From: Octopus vulgaris
Taxonomy: Eukaryota
Direction of reading: 5' to 3'
DNA: 64,000 bases
Assembly: GCA_951406725.2 (NCBI GenBank)
Contig: OX597815.1
Coordinates: forward strand, 213,652,001-213,716,000
Below, one piece after another: positions 55,176-64,000 of this stretch. Each line of letters begins with the position of its first letter. Within the stretch, counting starts at the first letter, position 1. The notes below the pieces were generated by a model. The model did not search any database and was not told the origin of the DNA. It worked only from the letters and a program-made list of their open reading frames with translations. The position numbers and the translations under genes are program-made.

Positions 55176-56595
55176 ACACACATAGACACATACACACACA
55201 CCTACACAGAGGGATGTCCATGTATTTTTGTGTGCCTGAAATCGATGTTTGTGTTGTTGCAGTCAGTGAGATCTGCACATCCAGTCTGCCAGATACAAGG
55301 TGTGGTTGCTAAATTGCCTATCATCTTGCGCTCTCCATCAAGAAAGAGTTGCTTTTTTTATCTTTTTCTTTGATCTTGGGTTAAAGTGAAAGACAATTTC
55401 GCTGATGTTTAATGGTTGGTTAACGTGTGGAAGACGACTGCGCTTGAAGACGTCGTTTATTTCTGTGTTCGTGAGTTTTGTGGTGATTGAATTCTACGAT
55501 CTCAGTCTGTGTTGTGATTTGAAGATAGGCACATTAAGATGTGCAGGTTGGAAGTTAGCGACAAACTTTTCCAGGACTTATGCAGGTGTACTAGGCGGGT
55601 GGATGTGTGAACAGACTATTAATTCACTCGAGTTTTTGATGAGTTTTAGATATGTTATAATTTTACTCTGCTTCCAGAAATTGGGAATTTGAATGAGTTG
55701 GTACGCATAACTGAAGATGTCGGTGGGCTCAGTGATTCCTTTGGGATGTTAGCATTTTCTTGTTATTTCATGAGAAGGAAAAAGGAAGGGTAAGCATTGC
55801 GGTTTAGGTTGAAAGTAAATTTCATTTGTTCTGCGTTTTTGTTTTGTTTGTGTGGTTTTTAGTAATTCATTTTTCGAGATATATTTGATAAGGACTCCTA
55901 CTTAGTGTTGCAGTGTGGATATATTAGTTGAAATTACTGAGACATGGGTTGTGCTGATCGCTGATGTTAATACTGCAAGTGTTGATTTAAATGGTTACCA
56001 GTTTCCTGTATATTTTTGCTGTTTCCATTTATTAGTTGTTTGATGCTGAGATCTAATTCACTCATATGTGCTTTTGATGTATTATATTTGAGACAGTCTC
56101 CCGTTTTTATGTCTACGTGTTTCTGGAGTGTGACTGGATTTCTATCTCTTATGTTCCTTTGCAAGTTTATATTTTTGGATGCATCGATACTTATTTCCTC
56201 GAATGAATGTTCGATAATAATTGTATCTTTGAATTCTGAAAAGTCATTCAACAGTGTTTTTTTTCCCTTCAGTTCATAAAAGTGATTTTATTTCCTTCAC
56301 TGAGTTTGTATTGTTGGTAATTAGTAGATAGTCTGAAGAAAGTTGATGAATTATTTTTGCCAAATGTTTGTGATAAATTGAGCAAAAATTGATACCTGGA
56401 ACAGAGCTGTAGGTTATTTGGTGTTGGAGTGGATTACGTGTTGTGGATCGGTGATAATGTAAAAGGAAGTGTACTTGTGAAGATATTACATTACCTATTT
56501 TGAAATCTGCATTAATTCAAAAACCAGAATGTGTTGAGTGCATTGAGGCCTTCTCTAATGACTAAGGTTTTGAGGGAACAGTAAGATAAAAGTGA

Positions 56596-56657
<62 letters not shown>

Positions 56658-56870
56658 TTATTTTTATTTTCTCTCCTTTTTATTTTCTCTCCCTATTTTT
56701 ATTTCCTCTCCCCATTTTATTTTCTCTCCCTGTTTATTTCTGTGTTCCTTTCTGTTGAAGAGCGTAGACTCGAAACCATAAGAGACCTTCTCACTTCCCG
56801 AGCGTTTAACTAATACATGTTTGCTGTTTACACACCCGGCTTTGTTTTTTTTTGTTTTTTTTGTAAATTC

Positions 56871-56971
<101 letters not shown>

Positions 56972-57559
56972 CTTGTGCTTCGTATTGGTCGTTTACATCA
57001 TGAAAGCCTGCCATTCCAGAATATCATCGTTTCGTAGTTAGTTTAAGAACGTATTTTGATATATCTATATATTGAATTCAATTCTTTTTGTTGTTATATG
57101 ACCCCACTGCACATATTGTGAAAGGGACATTCTAGTCTGGATTGGGTATTTTAGGAATATTGGATGTTTGGAGTTCTGCTATTAAGATTACTAATGTCGT
57201 ATTATAGAATTTTTAGTCATTTTTTGTGTTATTTTTGCAAAGTGGTTTGTGTGTGTATGTGTTTATTTTAAAATGTATTCCGTGAGGAACTGTGATATGG
57301 GAAGGGAGATAATAATGTATTTCAAGTTCTCATTGTTAGCGTTGTCATTGCTATGTTTCCGGTAAAGTCATACAATTTTTTTAGAGTATTAATTACTGAT
57401 GTTTGTGTGAGTAAACTCTATAAGACTCTTTTATGAGTATTTCAGAGCCCATTTTGTGCTGATTCGTAACGACTATCCTTCTCAGATGACGTTCAAACGA
57501 GTTATCAGAAATATTTCTGTGTGTGAAGAATACATCATGCATTGGCTTTTTTTTAACCA

Positions 57560-57715
57560 TTGTTCCTGTATCTTTCTTTTGTACAAATGTGCATCTTTTA
57601 TGTGTGCTGTGAAGATTGTGAGGAAATTGGAAATAACTTTTGTGTTCTAGGCGAATCTATGTTGTTCAGTGAGATGTTTGACGGTTAGGAAGGTTTCTCC
57701 ACATGTCTCTGCTCG
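57560..57715 (-). pseudogene. Possible decayed Penelope-like GIY-YIG endonuclease fragment
   Basis: Minus strand reads 'GETFLTVKHLTEQHRFA', resembling the YIGET...R..QH region; heavily degenerate. Confidence 0.3.
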
Positions 57716-57779
57716 ATGATAACACAATGTTCAATTTATATTCTAAACTAGACAATAAAAATTCTTTTAAATATAAGCA

Positions 57780-58078
57780 TTGTCATCGTCACCTTGACCG
57801 ACCAGGCTATGGGATGTTGCTACACATCGCTGGTCACAAAGCACTTTGCATTGTTTTAGCCTTCAAAAGACGCCACCCCGCTGGCTAACAGAAGAAAGAG
57901 TGAGAGAAAGTTTTGGCGAAAGAGTACAGCAGGGATAGCCACCACCACCTGCCGGAACCTCGTGGAGCTTTAGGTGTTTTCGCTCAATAAACACTCACAA
58001 CGCCTGGTCTGGGAATCGAAACCGCAATCCTACGACCGCGAGTCCGCTGCCCTAACCACTGGGCCATTGCGCCTCCAC
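57780..58078 (-). mobile_element. tRNA(Arg-like)-derived SINE family C
   Basis: Head GTGGAGGCGCAATGGCCCAGTGGTTAGGGCAGCGGACTCGCGGTCGTAGG..GGTTTCGATTCCC. Confidence 0.85.
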
Positions 58079-59053
58079 ATAAGCATTGTACTTGGTTTAA
58101 ATATCTTATTTCTAAGAAAAATCACACCTTTTCCAAACATCTAGTACCCCCATTTTTTCCCTCCTTGACATTTTCCACCCGCTTGGGAGCACCTAACGTC
58201 AAGAGGATGCTATCTCCCAGCAGAAGAACTGCTGCCCTAGAATAACAGAGTTTTCTGAAGAAAGATTGAATGTATTGCGTAGTGCTTCTTATCAGGTGAG
58301 CTAAAGTAGAATTGACAACCAGATAAGAAGTTGGCAACTATCGTGAAAGATAATGGGTGATCAGAAATTCTAATGGAGCTGAGAAGATTATGACACTCTC
58401 AAAAAAGACATGGAGGGGTTGCGTTTTACCGTAGAAAAATGGTTGTAGAATATTGACAAGAAAATACTTATATATCAACCAGATGACCATTCATAATGTG
58501 CTTCTGTTCCTATGTGTCTGTGTGTGGTTAGCGCACTGTTCCAGACATGCAAGCAGTACTTTAGTGTTGGCTGAACCAGCATTTTGTACTGAGTCAGCAG
58601 TTGTTGTTGTTCCTGTTGTTTGCTTTATTGTTGCTGTTGTTACTGTTGCTGCTGTTGTTGTTGTTGTCGTTGATGTCATTAGTCTGGAAGTCGTTATTTG
58701 TGGCTGATGTTTCTGTTTACTTAAGTGTTTGTGGTCGATATTGACGATGTTGAAATGCATCTGGTGTTGCCGTTGTCGTGGTTGTCATATTTCCTAGTGG
58801 TGAATCTAATGCAGCTGTTACCTTATAATGATGTTGTTGTTACTACTGTTTGCTTAACTGCTTCCGGTTGGTGTGGCTCTGTGAGGGTGGGTTAAGAGCG
58901 CCAGCGAGTAGGTGGTTCGGTTCCGAGACGAACGACTCAAGGTTCCGTTTCCCGTTGTAATTATCTCATTTATTCCACTTATGTCAGAATTAGAATTAGC
59001 ATCAACCACACAACCACCCGCTTATAGCACACCCTGAAGTCTGTTGCTATTGC

Positions 59054-59173
<120 letters not shown>

Positions 59174-59194
59174 CTCTATCTCTCTATCTGTCTG

Positions 59195-59249
<55 letters not shown>

Positions 59250-59755
59250 GTTTTACTTGTTTCAGTCATTTGATTGCGGCCATGCTGGGGCACCGACTTG
59301 AAGGTGTTTTAGTCGAACGAATCAATCTCGATACTTATTTTTTAAAATCCTGGTATTTATTGTATATCGGGGTACTTTTTGCTGAATCTCTAAGTCACGG
59401 GGACGTAAACGAACCAAACCGGTTGTCAAGTGATGATTACGGGGTATAAATGAAACATGCAATGACGCACACATACAACATACACACGCGCTCACACGCA
59501 CACACATGCATACACACACACGCTCACACACACACACTCACACACACACACACACACACGCGCGCGCGCACACGCACATATCACGTCGTTATAATTCAGA
59601 GGTTCGACAAGAAAGAATTAATATCAGTCTAAGAAAAAAGTATTAGAGTCAATTTTTTCGACTCAACACTTCGAGGCGGCGCTCCAGCATGGACACAGTC
59701 CAATGGCTGAAACAAATAAAATATAAAAGATACCCTACTCGCCCCCCATATATAT

Positions 59756-59883
59756 ATACTACATAAATAATATTTTTATAAACAAACTCGAAAGGCTTTG
59801 CGAGTTACAGAGAGAAAGCTACCATGTGTTGTAGTGAAAACTACAAATCTTTCGGGTTTGTAAAAATATTATTTATGTAGTAT
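59756..59883. repeat. Short fold-back (inverted repeat)
   Basis: ATACTACATAAATAATATTTTTATAAAC pairs with GTTTGTAAAAATATTATTTATGTAGTAT. Confidence 0.8.
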
Positions 59884-60073
59884 GAAGACAGTTTAAGTGT
59901 ATATTAACTAAATTTGACTGAAATTGATGGGTGAGCGTTTGGCCAATCAAATTCGCAAGGAGCCATGAAAGAGTCGATTAGTGAGTTCGGTTCTGCTTGA
60001 GGTTAGCTCATCATGTTTCAGTCATTTGTTTATATTTAATAATGGGTGCTTCAAATAGAAGAATAAATATGAT

Positions 60074-60112
<39 letters not shown>

Positions 60113-60504
60113 CATACTACGTAATATTATTGTTGTGTAAGGTGGCGAGCTGGCAGAATTGTTAGCACACCGGGTAAAATGGTTAGCGGCGTTCAAATTC
60201 CACCGAGGCTACATTGCGGAACTGTTATTTTTAAAAGTTGTATTTGTTTATCCCCCGACGAGATACATCTGCACCGCCAGATGCTCCTGAACCAGTTGTT
60301 GGGTGTCCCACCCATGAGCGATCGATGCTCGATGCATTGAAACAATTGTGATTAATAAAAAATGTTCGTATATTCTTTATTCCGTTTTTCATTTGCCATA
60401 TACATAACGATCACTGTGAAAGTAGCCGTGCTCTAGCATTAAGCTAATAAGTATAAGCCACTCGTTTTATTATCCATTATATATATATATATCGTCGGAC
60501 TCAC

Positions 60505-60790
60505 AATCATGAGGTAGTGAGTTCGATTCCTAGACCACGCAGTGTGTTGTGTTCTTGGGCAAAACACTTTATTTCACGTTGCTCCAGTTCACTCAGCTGT
60601 AGAAATGAATTACGACGGTACTGGTGCGAAGCTGTATCGGCCCCTTTGTCTTTCCCTTGAGAGGGGGAGGCTCTATGCCATCGATGTTGGCGACTGCGGG
60701 TCTTCCATAAACAACCTTGCCCGGATCTATGCTTCGGAGGGTAACTTTCTAGGTGCAATCCCATGGTTATCCATGACTGAAGGGGTTCTT
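60505..60790 (+). mobile_element. SINE family D copy
   Basis: Reverse complement of 45348-45670. Confidence 0.75.
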
Positions 60791-61229
60791 TACCCATTAC
60801 TTCTGGGTCCGTGACTAGCAGGAAACCTTCAACATTTTTCAACAAGGGCTGCTTTAAGCCAATATACTTTCATCTTTCATCCTTTCGCGGTCGATAAAAT
60901 AGCTACCAGTTGAGCACTGGGGTCGGTGTAATTGACTCACCATTCCCCTAAAATTGCTGGCCTTGTGCCAAAATTTGAAGTCATATATACATATATATAT
61001 ATATCTGTAATTTTAATCACTTAACGTCTATACAAGATGCTTACACAAGATGAATTCGCAGTATTACGGTATTTTTACAATGCATCCACGTTCACTAAGA
61101 TATACATATTTCTGCATAATATAGTGTAGTTCAGGTAAATTTGTCAGTTTGCATAAAAGGGAAAGAAAATAGAATACCCCATCCAAAGATAAATAAAAAA
61201 AAAATATCAACTAGATTATGACTGGGGAT

Positions 61230-62095
61230 AACAGTTTACACAAAGTAGTTGACCTCCCCTTCCACCACGGACTTCAGACGGCTCTGGAAAAAAGCAATAC
61301 CAAGCAGTTGATGTATTTCTCAACTGCACCCCACACATAGTAATCCATTGAATACAATCAGAAGCCTGAAATTGGGGCTGCTGAAGTCATAGAAATTCTC
61401 TGACAACCACTTCTGACTCTTTCCGGACGCACGGTAAGGAGCTGAATACTGCTGTCACATGCATGGCCTCTCCATGCCAGGGTTTGACCAACATTTCCAG
61501 CAGCTTCACAAAGCCTCTGAATTGAGCCTAAGAACCTTTTCAAAGATTTGGAGCAGCGTGATATCATCCTCACTTTGGACATACCCGATGACCACCACAA
61601 TTTGGAAAAAGTGGGACATCACATGGATTGTAGGCAAGCCACGTGTAGTTCTGGGTGTTGTGCAGTAGGTTCAAGCAGAAGAAATAGATCATCGTCGCCT
61701 CAACCGGAGACTCAGCTTGTTCAGAAGCTTCTTTGCCTTCGTCAAGGGGTACTCCTTCGCTGTAAGAATTTGTCCCTTGTGCCTCTAGTAAGAGTGCTAG
61801 CGAAGGTCCTCATTCAGGATTAGCTTCATGCTGGTGTCTTGAACATCCATCACTCTTGCCAAAGCCCGGATTCCCTTGCTCAGATCTTCTATCACCTTGT
61901 ACTGCCGTTGTTCATGAATTCCGGCGTGTGGACGCAATAAGAACACCTACTGTGTCTCCTTTTCTATTAGACACAGCTTCGTAAATCTCCGTGGTTGATG
62001 ACCATTTTACGTCTTACATTTGTACGGTGTTCACAGAGCATTGAGCAGCCATCATGATATTTAGCCGAAGCGAATTCCTCCATCTCAGTTAACTT
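61230..62095 (-). mobile_element. Decayed Tc1/mariner-superfamily (maT/DD37D-like) transposase remnant
   Basis: Broken minus frames give LVKPW, QQYSAP..SGKSQKWLSENFYDF and MDYYVWGAVE, corresponding to the QQDSAP and SPDxNPxDYxVWG motifs. Confidence 0.65.
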
Positions 62096-62248
62096 TTATT
62101 CAGCTACAACTATAATCTTCGTAGTCTTCAACGCCGTTGACTGTTCGCCAGTACATAGAGCCGTTCTTGAAGAAAAAGGAGACACAAAAATCGTCAAATG
62201 AGGCCCGAACACCCTCTACGCGCCCGCGTATACACTCACACCCACCAA

Positions 62249-62299
<51 letters not shown>

Positions 62300-62419
62300 A
62301 CAATCAAGGAACGGTCATAATAGGCCATTCACCCACTAGAAATAACAGCCAAAAGCTTTAACCGCAAAATAACGTCAATTCCGTAAACCAGGAGAAAATT
62401 GAAAAACATTTACCCTGTA

Positions 62420-62526
62420 ATTTCTTAGACGATGCACCGTTTCATCTTCTGTTTAATGGAAAACTAACCTGATTAAATTAAATCAAGCCAATCTACCATA
62501 GGCCCTTAGATTCATCAGTAAGAAAT
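62420..62526 (-). ncRNA. Type I hammerhead ribozyme (492-bp family, copy 1)
   Basis: Reverse complement of 63754-63860. Confidence 0.85.
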
Positions 62527-62911
62527 AGCCAAACCGGAACAGATATTTTTCACGAGGCATTCTCATTGCTACCTCGTCAATATCTGACCTAAAATTTTCA
62601 AATCGTCGCACTCGCGCCAAATTTATCGGCAGCAAATAAATATAAGCCGCCGATTCCATTACGGAATTAACCAGAAAATTCATAATTAATCAATATAGGG
62701 TGGCAAAAAAAATTTTGTAGAATTCTTTTGCCACCAGCGGCCTAGTGGGAAAAAATTAAATAGTCATAAACCATTTTTAAGTTCAACATCAACAATCAAG
62801 GAACGGCCATAATAGGCCATTCACCCACTAGAAATAACAGCCAAAAGCTTTAACCGCAAAATAACGTCAATTCCGTAAACCAGGAGAAAATTGAAAAACA
62901 TTTACCCTGTA

Positions 62912-63018
62912 ATTTCTTAGACGATGCACCGTTTCATCTTCTGTTTAATGGAAAACTAACCTGATTAAATTAAATCAAGCCAATCTACCATAGGCCCTTA
63001 GATTCATCAGTAAGAAAT
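62912..63018 (-). ncRNA. Type I hammerhead ribozyme (492-bp family, copy 2)
   Basis: Copy 1 shifted by 492. Confidence 0.85.
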
Positions 63019-63403
63019 AGCCAAACCGGAACAGATATTTTTCACGAGGCATTCTCATTGCTACCTCGTCAATATCTGACCTAAAATTTTCAAATCGTCG
63101 CACTCGCGCCAAATTTATCGGCAGCAAATAAATATAAGCCGCCGATTCCATTACGGAATTAACCAGAAAATTCATAATTAATCAATATAGGGTGGCAAAA
63201 AAAATTTTGTAGAATTCTTTTGCCACCAGCGGCCTAGTGGGAAAAAATTAAATAGTCATAAACCATTTTTAAGTTCAACATCAACAATCAAGGAACGGCC
63301 ATAATAGGCCATTCACCCACTAGAAATAACAGCCAAAAGCTTTAACCGCAAAATAACGTCAATTCCGTAAACCAGGAGAAAATTGAAAAACATTTACCCT
63401 GTA

Positions 63404-63510
63404 ATTTCTTAGACGATGCACCGTTTCATCTTCTGTTTAATGGAAAACTAACCTGATTAAATTAAATCAAGCCAATCTACCATAGGCCCTTAGATTCATC
63501 AGTAAGAAAT
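63404..63510 (-). ncRNA. Type I hammerhead ribozyme (492-bp family, copy 3)
   Basis: Copy 1 shifted by 984. Confidence 0.85.
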
Positions 63511-63753
63511 AGCCAAACCGGAACAGATATTTTTCACGAGGCATTCTCATTGCTACCTCGTCAATATCTGACCTAAAATTTTCAAATCGTCGCACTCGCG
63601 CCAAATTTATCGGCAGCAAATAAATATAAGCCGCCGATTCCATTACGGAATTAACCAGAAAATTCATAATTAATCAATATAGGTGGCAAAAAAAATTTTG
63701 TAGAATTCTTTTGCCACCAGCGGCCTAGTGGGAAAAAAATTTCCGGTTTGGCT

Positions 63754-63860
63754 ATTTCTTACTGATGAATCTAAGGGCCTATGGTAGATTGGCTTGATTT
63801 AATTTAATCAGGTTAGTTTTCCATTAAACAGAAGATGAAACGGTGCATCGTCTAAGAAAT
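63754..63860 (+). ncRNA. Type I hammerhead ribozyme (492-bp family, inverted copy)
   Basis: ATTTCTTA-CTGATGA-ATCT...AGAT-GAAA-CGGTGCATCG-TC-TAAGAAAT. Perfect 8-bp helix I, intact core, long helix II insert, near-palindromic helix III, GUC triplet with predicted cleavage after 63852. Confidence 0.88.
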
Positions 63861-64000
63861 TACAGGGTAAATGTTTTTCAATTTTCTCCTGGTTTACGAA
63901 ATTGACGTTATTTTGCGGTTAAAGCTTTTGGCTGTTATTTCTAGTGGGTGAATGGCCTATTATGGCCGTTCCTTGATTGTTGATGTTGAACTTAAAAATG

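Larger units (their letters stand above)
62296..64000. mobile_element. 492-bp-unit hammerhead repeat: ~2.9 tandem copies (62296-63740, ribozyme on minus) head-to-head with an inverted copy (63741 to beyond the window end, ribozyme on plus); starts at a (TA)n tract
   Basis: ATCAACAATCAAGG at 62296, 62788 and 63280; copies differ by only a few bases; 63741-64000 is the reverse complement. Confidence 0.95.

Noticed and set aside
56748-56790. TTGAAGA-GCGTAGACTC-GAAAC resembling a minimal hammerhead in a TA-flanked insert
   Set aside because: Core C is missing and there is no convincing helix III or NUH triplet; at best a degenerate relic.
58000-58078. SINE heads (families A, C and D) as functional tRNA genes
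   Set aside because: They retain A/B boxes but lack a full cloverleaf and continue into SINE bodies.
60305-60355. GAAACAATTGTG preceded by CCCATGAG, a possible hammerhead relic
   Set aside because: Core and helix I are not intact and the triplet ends in G; insufficient evidence.
62483-62683. 66-aa ORF repeated in each 492-bp unit
   Set aside because: No recognisable domain, and the repetition only reflects the tandem array. It overlaps the ribozyme core, so I do not call it a gene, though translation from a circle was not excluded.

Overview
This is AT-rich eukaryotic DNA, saturated with (TA)n, (CA)n, (CATA)n and (TATC)n microsatellites and with transposable-element copies and fragments. 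The tRNA-derived SINE families resemble those of cephalopods, probably Octopus (inference from recall, no database search). No intact host protein-coding gene is evident, and almost all long ORFs in the track are microsatellite artefacts. Recognisable elements: the 3' end of a Tx1/L1-type LINE, a defective full-length mariner, a Tc1/maT-like remnant, RTE, RTE-X, Hero, R4/Dong and CR1 fragments, MITEs, and four SINE families. The main finding is at least five unrelated families of non-coding repeats that each carry a type I hammerhead ribozyme with a palindromic helix III. Two are young (near-identical) arrays, of 492-bp units (62296-64000) and 563-bp units (41851-43283). Both are arranged as tandem copies plus a head-to-head inverted copy and sit next to (TA)n tracts. 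Older hammerhead-bearing monomers and fold-backs with the same geometry lie at about 28.3, 28.6, 35.8 and 37.9 kb, with possible relics at 13.5 and 59.8 kb. This looks like a diversified retrozyme or Penelope pseudo-LTR system that could produce self-cleaved and circular RNAs. All structures were folded by eye and coordinates of degenerate elements are approximate.
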